Made by a program: the position numbers and the translations under genes. This document shows, piece by piece, positions 20,671-30,497 of a stretch of 32,000 nucleotides of DNA. The DNA is taken from the NCBI RefSeq assembly GCF_051307035.1, contig NZ_CP195536.1, forward strand, positions 240,001 through 272,000, written 5' to 3'. The notes beneath the pieces were generated by a model. It did not search any database, was not told the origin of the DNA, and saw only the letters and a program-made list of their open reading frames with translations. Position 1 is the stretch's first letter; the number at the start of each line of letters is the position of its first letter. This DNA comes from Psychrobacter sp. DM4 (GTDB lineage Bacteria > Pseudomonadota > Gammaproteobacteria > Pseudomonadales > Moraxellaceae).

Positions 20671-21512
20671 TGTCAGCTATTAAGAAACCCATGTCCTCTG
20701 CCGCGCCTGCTACTGAGATGAACCTGGTCGACTCTGAAGTTAGGAATAACGTGCTTGAAGTACGAAATTTGGAGTCCGCTTATGGTCCGGTTATGGCGCT
20801 GCGAGGCGTGAGTTTAGAAGTACCAGAAGGCAAGGTTGTTACTATTTTGGGCGCTAATGGCGCAGGAAAAACCACCTTGATGAAGACCATCTCTGGCGTC
20901 ATCAATCCTCGCAAGGGCGCAGTATGGTTCCATGGTGAGCGTATCGACGGTACTGAGCCTGATCGCTTGGTTAAAAAAGGACTCTCGCACGTACCAGAAG
21001 GGCGAGAAGTATTTCCGTTCTTGAACGTCGCGGAAAATCTAGCGATGGGCGCTTATACTCGGCGTGATAAAGGTGAAATAAAGCGCGATGTTGAGATGAT
21101 ATATGAGTACTTCCCAATACTCAAAGATCGCCGTACGCAAGCTGCGGGCACGATGTCAGGCGGTCAGCAGCAGATGCTAGCTATCGGGCGCGGCCTGATG
21201 TCGCGGCCTTCTCTTATGCTCCTTGATGAGCCCTCTCTTGGACTCTCTCCATTACTTGTACAAGAGATATTTGCCATTATTCGTAGATTAAATAAAGAGC
21301 AAGGCGTGACGATTTTGCTGGTTGAGCAAAATGCACGTGTCGCTCTAGCAGCAGCGGATTACGGTTACGTGTTAGAGACAGGGCGTATCGTTATGGCAGG
21401 CTCGGCGGATCAATTGATGCACTCTGATGATATTAAAGAGTTCTATTTGGGACAAACCAAAGACAACACTGCGGCAGCCACTCGCTGGAAACGCAAAAAG
21501 ACTTGGCGATAA
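20670..21512 (+). CDS. ABC transporter ATP-binding protein (LivF-like) with a basic C-terminal tail
   Basis: Walker A GANGAGKTT, signature SGGQQQMLAIGR, Walker B LMLLDEPSLGLS. A TGATG start/stop overlap links it to the upstream gene. After the conserved EFYLGQ there is a 19-aa tail ending RWKRKKTWR. Confidence 0.9.
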   Translation: MSAIKKPMSSAAPATEMNLVDSEVRNNVLEVRNLESAYGPVMALRGVSLEVPEGKVVTILGANGAGKTTLMKTISGVINPRKGAVWFHGERIDGTEPDRLVKKGLSHVPEGREVFPFLNVAENLAMGAYTRRDKGEIKRDVEMIYEYFPILKDRRTQAAGTMSGGQQQMLAIGRGLMSRPSLMLLDEPSLGLSPLLVQEIFAIIRRLNKEQGVTILLVEQNARVALAAADYGYVLETGRIVMAGSADQLMHSDDIKEFYLGQTKDNTAAATRWKRKKTWR

Positions 21513-21515
21513 GAC

Positions 21516-23486
21516 ATGACTATCTCTACTGATACCGAAAATAATATTTTATCTTCTGATACGACGGTCACTACGATCGCGCCCGTCGTGCCAGCAGCGT
21601 CTCACGATCATGCTATGAGCCCTTCTCAAAAGAATGGTCATGATACGAGTCAAAAGATACGTAATGCGCCTTTCGATCATGCGCCGCAAGTCTTAGAAGG
21701 CTGCGATACCTTGACTAAGCTTTGGCGACAAGTATGCTTGGAGCGAGGCGACAAAATCGCTCACCGCGAAAAAGATTTTGGTATTTGGCAGAGTCACAGC
21801 TGGTTAGATTATTATCATCGCAGCTGTGATATCGGTATGGCTCTTGTTGAACTTGGTTTGAGTAAAGGCGACACGGTCTCTATTCTGAGTGAAGACAACA
21901 AAGAATGGCTCTATTGTGACATGGGCACCTGCGCTGTAGGCGGGATACCCAACGGTGTCTATACGACAGACAGTCCCGAGCAGCTTGCTTATATACTCAA
22001 CGACAGCCAATCTAAGTTTTTAATTGTCGAAAACGACGAGCAATTACACAAGTTTTTGGAAATTCGTGAGCAGACACCCAATGTCAAAAAAGTTATTGTC
22101 TTTGACAGCAAAGGTTTGCGTAGCTTAGATGATGATCAAGTCCTCTTTTTAGAGGAACTATATACACTTGGTAAAAATGCGGACAATGCCTTAGAGCGTT
22201 TTGGCGCGTATATCGATCAAAGTACTGCGAATGACATCCGTACCCTCATCTATACTTCAGGTACGACAGGCGATCCCAAAGGCGCAATTCTAACGCATGC
22301 CAACATTCTCTTTGAGCTAAAAACGAGCATAGATACCCTCCCCATTTTGCCGACTGATGAGCAGCTGTGTTTTTTACCTTTATGTCATGTGCTCGAGCGT
22401 TTAACCTCGGTGGATTTGCCTATTCATAGGGGCTGTATCATCAACTTTGCTGAGAGTACTGAGACGGTATTTGAGAATATGAAAGAGGTCTCACCCGATA
22501 CTTTTACCGCCGTGCCACGACTGTGGGAGAAAATGTATGCCTCTATTAGTAATATGCGTAGCGATGCCAGTGCATTGAACGGCTGGGCATTTGATAAGGC
22601 TATAAAAGCAGGTCATGACTATGCTGATATTACGATGGCAGGTAACACACCGACGACATCTCAACGTCTGCGTTACGGGTTTTGGGACAAGCTGGTGCTA
22701 CATAAAATTCGGGATCTTATAGGAATGAGTAATATTCGCCGTGCCACCACAGGCGCCGCCCCCATATCGCTCGATATTATCCGCTGGTTTCATGCGATAG
22801 GTGTACCTATTTATGAAGGCTACGGTATGACTGAAAGCACAGGCGTAATATCGGTAAATACGCCTCAGGAGCAGATGCCAGGTAGCGTAGGTCGGGCATT
22901 ACCAAACTCTGAAGTTCGTATCGCTGATAATGGGGAGATACTTATAAAAGGTGGCCATGTGTTTGCAGGCTATTGGAATAAGCCTGAAAAAACCGCTGAG
23001 GACTTGCAAGAAGGCTGGCTACATACGGGTGATGTTGGCGAGTTAAGAGACGGCTACATATTTATTACCGGTCGTATTAAGGACATTATCATCACCGCAG
23101 GTGGCAAGAACGTTACGCCAGCGGCTATCGAGAGCAAGCTTAAATTCTCGCCTTATATCTCAGATGCGGTCATTATTGGCGATAGACGTAAATATCTGAG
23201 CTGCCTTGTAATGATAGATCAGGAGAATGTCGAAAAATACGCGCAAGATAATCAAGTGATGTTCTCAGATTTTCGCTCGCTGTGTCATGCGCCAGAAGTT
23301 ATTGCGTTGATAGACGAGGTGATTCAATCTACCAATCAGACATTGGCTCAAGTAGAAACCATCAAGCACTTTCGCCTTATTGATGTACTACTCAGTCCTG
23401 AAGATGACGAGTTGACCGCGACTATGAAATTAAAAAGAAGTCTCGTTGAGAAGAAGCATCATGCGCTCATCGATTCTATGTACTGA
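21516..23486 (+). CDS. AMP-dependent acyl-CoA ligase (long-chain-fatty-acid-CoA-ligase-like)
   Basis: 656-aa ORF with the AMP-binding motif YTSGTTGDPKGA, then YGMTES and TGDVG. It begins 3 nt after the LivF-like stop. The first ~60 aa form an S/T-rich extension, so an internal start (M34 at 21615) is possible. Confidence 0.88.
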   Translation: MTISTDTENNILSSDTTVTTIAPVVPAASHDHAMSPSQKNGHDTSQKIRNAPFDHAPQVLEGCDTLTKLWRQVCLERGDKIAHREKDFGIWQSHSWLDYYHRSCDIGMALVELGLSKGDTVSILSEDNKEWLYCDMGTCAVGGIPNGVYTTDSPEQLAYILNDSQSKFLIVENDEQLHKFLEIREQTPNVKKVIVFDSKGLRSLDDDQVLFLEELYTLGKNADNALERFGAYIDQSTANDIRTLIYTSGTTGDPKGAILTHANILFELKTSIDTLPILPTDEQLCFLPLCHVLERLTSVDLPIHRGCIINFAESTETVFENMKEVSPDTFTAVPRLWEKMYASISNMRSDASALNGWAFDKAIKAGHDYADITMAGNTPTTSQRLRYGFWDKLVLHKIRDLIGMSNIRRATTGAAPISLDIIRWFHAIGVPIYEGYGMTESTGVISVNTPQEQMPGSVGRALPNSEVRIADNGEILIKGGHVFAGYWNKPEKTAEDLQEGWLHTGDVGELRDGYIFITGRIKDIIITAGGKNVTPAAIESKLKFSPYISDAVIIGDRRKYLSCLVMIDQENVEKYAQDNQVMFSDFRSLCHAPEVIALIDEVIQSTNQTLAQVETIKHFRLIDVLLSPEDDELTATMKLKRSLVEKKHHALIDSMY

Positions 23487-23562
23487 TCTCTAGCATAAAT
23501 CTATTTTACCGCAGTATTAAAAGTGAACACTAACAGCGACTTAAGTCGCAAGGAGAAAGGCA

Positions 23563-24789
23563 ATGAAATGGACATTCAAGACAACGCTGCTAGCACTATC
23601 TGTCGGTACGATAGGGTTAGTGGGTTGTAGCAATTCAGAGACGCCCGCCGCGAGCGGTACGGATGCTGAAGCTACTACTAGTGACATGCCAGTACAAGGC
23701 GTTACGGATACTGAAATTTTACTCGGTGGTGCTAATGATCTATCAGGTCCGTTTGCTGGATTTGGTAATCCTGCGGTAGCGGCTGCCAATATGTATTTCG
23801 ATGAGGTGAATGCAGCTGGCGGTGTCAACGGTCGTATGATTCGCTATGTTGTCGAAGATCATTCTTATCAAGTACCAAAGGCGGTGCAGGCAGCTAATAA
23901 GCTCGTTAGCCGAGATAAAGTATTTGGTATGCTAATGTCTTTGGGTACCCCGCATAACTTAGCGAGCTTCCCTATTATGGATCGTGCTAATGTCCCTAAT
24001 ATCATGCCGATTACCTTTGCAAAGCCAATGCAAGAAGAAGGGGCTTTCAATCGCCGTTATACGATGGGTAGTACTTATTACGACTCTATGAAAATGGGTA
24101 TGGAATACCTGATTGCCGAAAATGATATTAAAAATTTATGCGTCATGTATATCCCCTCAGACTATGGTGAAGAGACCAATGAAGCGGCTAAAGATATCAG
24201 CGATAACAACCCTAACGTCTCCTTAGTTCAGGCCAGCTCACACCGCCCTGATGAAACAGACTTTGCTGGTGCAATCGCCAAATTAAAAGAAGCCAATTGC
24301 GAGCTGATCGGTCTATCTCTTACGATACGTGGCGCTATTACTGCTGTAGGGACAGCAAACGCTATGGGCTGGACTGATGTAAAATTCATCGCTCCTGCAA
24401 CCGGTTTCCATCCTGCTGTTGCTGAAGCACCAGGCGGCGCTAGTGAAGGTCTATATGCGGTGTCTTACTATAATGATTTGGCACTGAGAGCGAATGAGCC
24501 TGAGACCAAAGCCTTTATCGAGAAGTACGAAGCGGCCACAGGGGAAGATGTATCAGCAGGCGCCATTCTTGGTTATACTTCAGCAAGAATTACTGTCGAA
24601 GGGCTTAAAGCTGCGGGCAAAGATCTAAATGCCGATACTTTCAATGCGGGTATGGAAACCGTTAATTTTGTAGATGGAATCACAGGATCTACAATTGCTA
24701 TTACTCCTGAGAGCCATGTCGCCTTTAATGATGTGTATCTATCGCAAGTACAAAGCGGCGCATGGAAAACAGTGACACAGCTCAAATAG
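23563..24789 (+). CDS. ABC transporter substrate-binding lipoprotein (type I periplasmic binding fold, LivK-like)
   Basis: 408-aa ORF with an AAGGAGA Shine-Dalgarno and signal peptide plus lipobox LVGC. The LGGANDLSGPFAGFG motif is typical of Leu/Ile/Val-binding-protein-family receptors. Confidence 0.88.
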   Translation: MKWTFKTTLLALSVGTIGLVGCSNSETPAASGTDAEATTSDMPVQGVTDTEILLGGANDLSGPFAGFGNPAVAAANMYFDEVNAAGGVNGRMIRYVVEDHSYQVPKAVQAANKLVSRDKVFGMLMSLGTPHNLASFPIMDRANVPNIMPITFAKPMQEEGAFNRRYTMGSTYYDSMKMGMEYLIAENDIKNLCVMYIPSDYGEETNEAAKDISDNNPNVSLVQASSHRPDETDFAGAIAKLKEANCELIGLSLTIRGAITAVGTANAMGWTDVKFIAPATGFHPAVAEAPGGASEGLYAVSYYNDLALRANEPETKAFIEKYEAATGEDVSAGAILGYTSARITVEGLKAAGKDLNADTFNAGMETVNFVDGITGSTIAITPESHVAFNDVYLSQVQSGAWKTVTQLK

Positions 24790-24817
24790 CTTTCTACTTA
24801 ATTCAGTTTTGCTAACG

Positions 24818-24847
24818 ACAAGCCATACATATGTATGGCTTGTTTTG
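24818..24847 (+). terminator. rho-independent terminator ending the ABC/CoA-ligase operon
   Basis: Perfect 12-bp stem acaagccataca / tgtatggcttgt with a 2-nt apex, followed by tttt. Confidence 0.7.
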
Positions 24848-25122
24848 GTTATGGGCTTTGAGTTTGATAAGCATACTATTCAAGATCTCAGCTATTTATT
24901 AATTTAACACTCTTATATAAATTGTCATTATCATTTTTTAAAAAGTAACAACTCAATGATTGCCATAGATAGAGCGTTTGATTCTTTAGGAATACAGTTG
25001 TAAATTCAAATTGTTGTCATTCGTAGTCAATACCTTGCAACAGTTACTCTTATTTGCCAAACTGCTATGAGGCGTAATGATAGATATGTACCGCTATGGA
25101 ATTATAATACTGTCAAAGGAAG

Positions 25123-27096
25123 ATGACCATGACTCAAGAATCATTCCCTGTTCCAATAGAGTTTGCCGCTACTGCTAACACCTCACCTGAGCAGTACATT
25201 GCTGATTACCAGCGCTCAACTCAATCACCAAAAGCTACTGATGATTTTTGGGCCAAGCGCGCTCAGATGATCGACTGGATAAAAGCGCCAACCCTCATCA
25301 GTGATGTCAGCTATGATCTGGATGATTTTCGCATCAAATGGTTTGAGGATGGCACCCTCAATATCGCCGTTAACTGTCTGGATCGTCATCTTAAATCCAA
25401 TCCACACAAGCCTGCCATCATATGGGAGGGCAATCATCCCTCCCAGCACAAAACCATATCCTACAAAGAGTTGCACGCTGAGGTATGCCGACTAGCAAAT
25501 GCTATGCGCAAACTAGGTATTGGCAAGGGCGATCGCGTCACTATCTATCTGCCTATGATCCCCGAAGCTGTCGTTGCTATGCTGGCATGCGCGCGTATTG
25601 GCGCCGTGCATTCAGTGGTATTTGGGGGATTTTCGGCTGAGAGCTTGGGTAATCGCATCGTCGATAGTCAATCCAAACTGGTCATCACCGCTGATGAGAG
25701 CTTACGCGGTGACAAAATCACTCCGCTCAAAGCCAATGTCGATCGCGCCCTTAATATAGAAGGCACAGGCTGCGTGACCCAAGTCGTCGTCGTTCATCGT
25801 ACCGGCAATTCTGTACCGATGAGTGGCCGCCGCGACGTCTGGTACCATACATTGATCAGCGGCGAGGCGGAACACTGCGAACCTGAAGTTATGGATAGCG
25901 AGGACCCCTTATTTATGCTCTACACCTCAGGATCAACAGGTCAGCCAAAAGGTGTCTTGCATACCACGGGCGGCTATATCACTTATGCGCTCTCGACCTT
26001 TTGTGATGTCTTCGACATAAAAGACGATGATACTTATTGGTGTACTGCTGATATTGGCTGGATTACGGGTCATACTTATAGTGTCTATGCGCCGCTGGCT
26101 AATGGCACCACGACCATCATGTTCGAGGGTGTTCCTGAGTATCCAACGTGGGCGCGCATCGGTCAAATCATTGACAAACACAATGTCAGTGTGCTCTACA
26201 CCGCACCAACTGCTATCCGCTCAATGATGAAAGAGGGCGATGCGTTCGTCCGTGAGTCTGATCGTTCAAGTCTGCGTTTGCTCGGTACGGTTGGAGAACC
26301 GATCAATCCTGAGGCTTGGGACTGGTACTACCAAGTAGTCGGACAAAGCCGCTGTCCTATTGTCGATACGTGGTGGCAAACGGAAACGGGAGGTATTTTA
26401 CTTGCGCCTATACCAGGAACTACTGCGCTCAAGCCAGGCGCTGCCATGAATCCTTTGTACGGTATTATCCCGCAAGTGATCGATACCGATGATACGGTAC
26501 TAGAAGGTCCTGCCGAGGGCAATCTTGTCATTAGCAACAGCTGGCCGGGGCAGATGCGTACCCTTTATAACGATCACGAGCGTTTTTTGGCGACTTATTT
26601 TACTCAGTACCCAGGCTTTTATTTTACGGGTGATGGGGTGTATCGTGATGAGGACAATCATTACTGGATTACTGGCCGCGTCGATGACGTGCTCAAAGTC
26701 TCAGGGCATCGTTTGGGCACTGCGGAGGTTGAGAGTGCCATAGATTCACACCCCTCGACGGTCGAGGCCGCAGTCGTTGGCATACCGCATGATATCCGTG
26801 GCGTCGGTATTGCGGCCTTTGTTATTCTTAACACAGGGGAGATGACAAGTGACACCCTAAAGGCGGAGCTTAATCGTCATGTGCGTACGGAGATTGGGCC
26901 GATTGCCAATCTTGATGCTATCTACCTCATCGATGCGCTACCCAAAACCCGTTCAGGTAAAATAATGCGCCGTATCTTGCGCGACATAGCAGCTGGACAA
27001 TACGTTGGCCTTGGTGATTTATCGACGCTTGCGGATAGTACGGTGATTAATAGCATCATCGAGGTGGTCAAAGCAGAAGATAAGGTACATCCGTAA
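25123..27096 (+). CDS. acs: acetyl-CoA synthetase
   Basis: 657-aa ORF co-linear with Acs. Shared segments include [37 protein letters not shown] and the C-terminal acetylation-site context [14 protein letters not shown]. The ATG at 25129 has better Shine-Dalgarno spacing and may be the real start. Confidence 0.95.
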   Translation: MTMTQESFPVPIEFAATANTSPEQYIADYQRSTQSPKATDDFWAKRAQMIDWIKAPTLISDVSYDLDDFRIKWFEDGTLNIAVNCLDRHLKSNPHKPAIIWEGNHPSQHKTISYKELHAEVCRLANAMRKLGIGKGDRVTIYLPMIPEAVVAMLACARIGAVHSVVFGGFSAESLGNRIVDSQSKLVITADESLRGDKITPLKANVDRALNIEGTGCVTQVVVVHRTGNSVPMSGRRDVWYHTLISGEAEHCEPEVMDSEDPLFMLYTSGSTGQPKGVLHTTGGYITYALSTFCDVFDIKDDDTYWCTADIGWITGHTYSVYAPLANGTTTIMFEGVPEYPTWARIGQIIDKHNVSVLYTAPTAIRSMMKEGDAFVRESDRSSLRLLGTVGEPINPEAWDWYYQVVGQSRCPIVDTWWQTETGGILLAPIPGTTALKPGAAMNPLYGIIPQVIDTDDTVLEGPAEGNLVISNSWPGQMRTLYNDHERFLATYFTQYPGFYFTGDGVYRDEDNHYWITGRVDDVLKVSGHRLGTAEVESAIDSHPSTVEAAVVGIPHDIRGVGIAAFVILNTGEMTSDTLKAELNRHVRTEIGPIANLDAIYLIDALPKTRSGKIMRRILRDIAAGQYVGLGDLSTLADSTVINSIIEVVKAEDKVHP

Positions 27097-27129
27097 AAAT
27101 TCATGCTAATACGTCCAAAAGTTTAAGCG

Positions 27130-27160
27130 GCCATGTTACCAAAAGTAGCATGGCTCTTTT
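27130..27160 (+). terminator. rho-independent terminator after acs
   Basis: Stem gccatgtta / tagcatggc (one G-U), followed by tctttt. Confidence 0.6.
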
Positions 27161-27227
27161 ATGTGCTATAAAATAGGCTTGTTATACTCTCTCTATTCTC
27201 TTTCTGCTTACAAGGTTTATTGCCGTT

Positions 27228-28379
27228 ATGACTCATTCTACCTCACTTGTTCATGATCAAAACATACCCAAGATCGCGATTATCGGTGGCGGCTTAACGG
27301 GATTGTTTACGGCTACCTTGTTAGAGCATGCCTTTGATAAGAATGAAGTTAGCATTACGATATTTGAGAAATCACGTAGCGTAGGCCGGCTAGCGACTCG
27401 TTATCGTTCGGGTAACGATACTAATAGCGATAAACAATGGCAATGGGATTTTGGCGCGCAGTTTTTTACCGCAAAATCAGCTGAATTTTCAGCCTTTATT
27501 GCGCCATGGCTAGACTCAGGGTTATTGCAGCCTTGGCTTGCGCAAGTGGTTGATCTAACGCCTGTCGATAGTACAGCAGGTACGCCAAACGTTGAGGTAA
27601 AAGAGCAGTGGGATACCGATCATGCTCGCTACATCAGCACACCAAAAATGACCAGTTGGGGCCGAGAATTAGCGGATAAGTTGCAGCAGACTACGATTCA
27701 ATTCAAGACGTACGTCGCACCATTATCACAGTATGCTCACTTGCAAACTGACAGCCATTCAACTGGCAAGCAGACCGAGCTTTTTGATGAAAATGGCGAA
27801 AGCTTAGGTCATTTTGATTGGGTAATCTGCACTGCGCCAAACGTTCAAGCTATGGAGATTATGGCAGATAGCTACTTTAGTAAATATTCACAAATTATGC
27901 AGCCAAAGATGCTGGCGTGCTATACCTTGATGCTCGGTTGGAATGATATAGAGCATCTGCCACAGACGATAAGCGACGCACCTCAATGGGATGTGGCCTA
28001 TATGCAGGACTCCATTCTCGATAGAGTCTTTATTGAACACCAAAAGCCTAATCATGAGCAGCTGCTACCGAGCATAACTATTCATGCCCGCAATGACTGG
28101 TCAGAGACGCACGTCGATGAGGATATCGATACCATTAAATCGCAACTACTAAGAGCGGCGCAGCAAGCCCTCAATTGGAATGACGATACCGCACCGAGTC
28201 AAATTGACTGTCATCGCTGGCGCTATGCTGCGACTATTATCGATGACAAAGATCAGCGGCTTGGTATTTTAGTTGATAAAGATAAGCAATGGATAGTGAG
28301 CGGGGACTGGTGCCATAAAGGTAATATTGAGAGCGCTTATCAAATGGCAGAGCAGACGATTGAGGCAATACTTAAGTAG
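27228..28379 (+). CDS. renalase-like NAD(P)/FAD-dependent oxidoreductase (COG3380-type)
   Basis: 383-aa ORF with IAIIGGGLTGL ... FEKSRSVGRLATRY ... FGAQFFT, the characteristic N-terminal pattern of this family. Confidence 0.85.
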   Translation: MTHSTSLVHDQNIPKIAIIGGGLTGLFTATLLEHAFDKNEVSITIFEKSRSVGRLATRYRSGNDTNSDKQWQWDFGAQFFTAKSAEFSAFIAPWLDSGLLQPWLAQVVDLTPVDSTAGTPNVEVKEQWDTDHARYISTPKMTSWGRELADKLQQTTIQFKTYVAPLSQYAHLQTDSHSTGKQTELFDENGESLGHFDWVICTAPNVQAMEIMADSYFSKYSQIMQPKMLACYTLMLGWNDIEHLPQTISDAPQWDVAYMQDSILDRVFIEHQKPNHEQLLPSITIHARNDWSETHVDEDIDTIKSQLLRAAQQALNWNDDTAPSQIDCHRWRYAATIIDDKDQRLGILVDKDKQWIVSGDWCHKGNIESAYQMAEQTIEAILK

Positions 28380-28415
28380 TGAGTATCAGCTTTAATTGAG
28401 TACCAATTCTAAAAA

Positions 28416-28450
28416 AGCTGTGATTGACTCGTTAATCGCAGCTTTTTTTA
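28416..28450 (+). terminator. rho-independent terminator after the renalase-like gene
   Basis: 10-bp stem agctgtgatt / aatcgcagct (one G-U), followed by T7. Confidence 0.7.
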
Positions 28451-28561
28451 TACGCAGGTGGTACTGATGTTAATAAACTAATGTATATAAATATTAAATT
28501 ACTATGCTATATTTTTAGAAGCTTACGTAGCAGTCTGAATCTATAGGCATAGGATAAGAAA

Positions 28562-29434
28562 ATGAAACCAGTCAACAGTCACATGAGCAGCTCTTTTCAA
28601 CCCTTCAAAGACAGTATAATCAAAAAGTTTAAAAACAAACCTGTGGTTCAAGATATAGATCTCATCCGTCTAGATGGCGAGTGCATCAAAAGTCTAATTG
28701 AGGTCAAAAAGGCCAAAGAGCTGGACTGGAAACCTTATACCAAGATATTCAAACCGCACTTACCGGTAGGCAGACGCGATGATATCAATTACAAAGCTTT
28801 ATTTGCTTTAGGCAAAAAAATGGGCGTTAACGTTTGGGTGTTTCATTATGTAGAGGATAAATTAACTGAGCACGGCGTTGCATGTTTTAAGATAGTAGAC
28901 ATCGAGTTAAACATGACGTGGCGTACCTATAGCGATGATGGTAAAACAAATAGATACTCTCTTGAAGAGATAGAATCAGTAGTGACGGGTACTCCCTCAA
29001 CTGGCTGCGCCAAACGTAATAGTCATACGGTCAAGGATTTTAATAATCCTAATATTAATAAAAATCAGAACAATCTATTTTATTTTTTTCAGTCTAATGA
29101 CACCGCCAAACATTTTTATTACGTTGAATGCGGTGGCATTTGGACGATGCTGATATCGCATCCTACCAGTTACGAGCCGATATGGTTGTATATAGAATTG
29201 GACCTCGCCCTTGCCAATTTAGATCTAGATGATTGCGATCTAAAAGCAGAGTTTTTTCCGCAGATAGAGATACATGACAAAACGGGCATACCTTTGTCAA
29301 TCATCTGCTACGATAATAATGATTTACAGCGCTTTACTGTGTATAAATATGATGAGGATGAGTTCCATAAACAGATTATGAGCCGTACTGATTTTATTGA
29401 CTACTACGGGGCTTTTATTGCACTTATTAACTAA
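28562..29434 (+). CDS. hypothetical protein (290 aa), AT-rich orphan with an N-terminal D...EVK (PD-(D/E)xK-like) motif
   Basis: Long clean ORF in a gap between conserved genes, with lower GC than its flanks. Residues 30-50 read QDIDLIRLDGECIKSLIEVKK. I recognise no family. There is an N-rich linker (NNPNINKNQNN) in the middle. Confidence 0.6.
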   Translation: MKPVNSHMSSSFQPFKDSIIKKFKNKPVVQDIDLIRLDGECIKSLIEVKKAKELDWKPYTKIFKPHLPVGRRDDINYKALFALGKKMGVNVWVFHYVEDKLTEHGVACFKIVDIELNMTWRTYSDDGKTNRYSLEEIESVVTGTPSTGCAKRNSHTVKDFNNPNINKNQNNLFYFFQSNDTAKHFYYVECGGIWTMLISHPTSYEPIWLYIELDLALANLDLDDCDLKAEFFPQIEIHDKTGIPLSIICYDNNDLQRFTVYKYDEDEFHKQIMSRTDFIDYYGAFIALIN

Positions 29435-29677
29435 CAAAAAAAAGCCTACAGACAGAGATCTATAGACCGAGGAAAGCGTATTTACTGTAAGAGCTAGCAG
29501 ACCCACTGGAGGCATACCGAGTTATCTGTTGATTGTAATAGAAATTTGATCACTTGTTTATTTTTCATTACATCAGATTACGTTTAGAGTAGTTTTACTA
29601 CAATGTCACATGTCGACATACTTTAAGTTGATCAACTATCGCTTATGCTACAGTAGTCGCAAGTATGCACAGAGACC

Positions 29678-30406
29678 ATGACGACCTCTCTGAAAAATGA
29701 TAAGCTAGCAGCCATTACGACATTGATATTTACTATGACCGAGAGCACACCATTGCAGACGCCAACGCCGCAAGACCATAAAAGTATCTTTAATCTACCA
29801 AACAACCTCACTATGGCACGGATTGTGATGATTCCGCTTTTTGTTACGATTGCCTACTGGCCGCCTGCGATGGGCATAGGTATGCCTGCGATTTCGGACA
29901 ATGTTATCGCGCGCGTTGGCATGAGTGAGTTTAGTGATAGTCTGCTACGGCATCTGCTATTGACAGGTGTCTTTATTATCGCGGCGATTACCGATTGGCT
30001 CGATGGCTACTTTGCGCGTAAGCTCAATGTTATGTCCGCTTTTGGGCGTTTTTTGGATCCCGTCGCTGATAAGCTCATGGTTGCGGCAGCACTTATAATA
30101 TTGGTGCAATGGCATCCCAACATTATCATGGCGATAGCCGCTATTGTCATTATCTCGCGTGAGATTGCGGTATCGGCATTGCGTGAGTGGATGGCGGAGC
30201 TAGGTAACAGCACCAGCGTTGCCGTCTCTTATGTCGGCAAACTAAAAACGACATTCCAAATGGTCGCGATTACGGTATTGCTGCTGAACTGGGAGTCACT
30301 TGAAACCATCGGTTATGTACTGATGATGGCAGCCGTGGTACTGACCTTGTGGTCGATGATGATTTACCTCAAAGCCGCTTGGCCTTATTTGAAGCAGAGC
30401 GGGTAA
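29678..30406 (+). CDS. pgsA: CDP-diacylglycerol--glycerol-3-phosphate 3-phosphatidyltransferase
   Basis: It carries the CDP-alcohol phosphotransferase motif DWLDGYFARKLNVMSAFGRFLDPVADK, and the NLPNNLTMARIVMIPLF start region aligns to E. coli PgsA residues 3-20. The N-terminal 37-aa extension means the start is uncertain (alternative ATG at 29735). Confidence 0.9.
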   Translation: MTTSLKNDKLAAITTLIFTMTESTPLQTPTPQDHKSIFNLPNNLTMARIVMIPLFVTIAYWPPAMGIGMPAISDNVIARVGMSEFSDSLLRHLLLTGVFIIAAITDWLDGYFARKLNVMSAFGRFLDPVADKLMVAAALIILVQWHPNIIMAIAAIVIISREIAVSALREWMAELGNSTSVAVSYVGKLKTTFQMVAITVLLLNWESLETIGYVLMMAAVVLTLWSMMIYLKAAWPYLKQSG

Positions 30407-30429
30407 GATTCAAAAAGATATCTAAAGTT

Positions 30430-30480
30430 ACCATCAATAAAAAGCCAGTCGCATATTGCCACTGGCTTTTTATTGATGGT
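30430..30480. terminator. bidirectional terminator between pgsA (+) and the GSP26-like gene (-)
   Basis: Perfect 20-bp inverted repeat accatcaataaaaagccagt / actggctttttattgatggt with an 11-nt loop. The inner stem gccagt/actggc is followed by T5 on either strand. Confidence 0.8.
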
Positions 30481-30497
30481 ATTTAGCTCTCAAAGTA

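Noticed and set aside
28539-29465. 8-bp direct repeat atctatag (28539-28546 and 29458-29465) flanking the 290-aa ORF, read as a target-site duplication
   Set aside because: Eight bp in AT-rich DNA is within chance expectation for two ~100-bp flanks. The extended match is patchy (about 12 of 15). There are no terminal inverted repeats or transposase.
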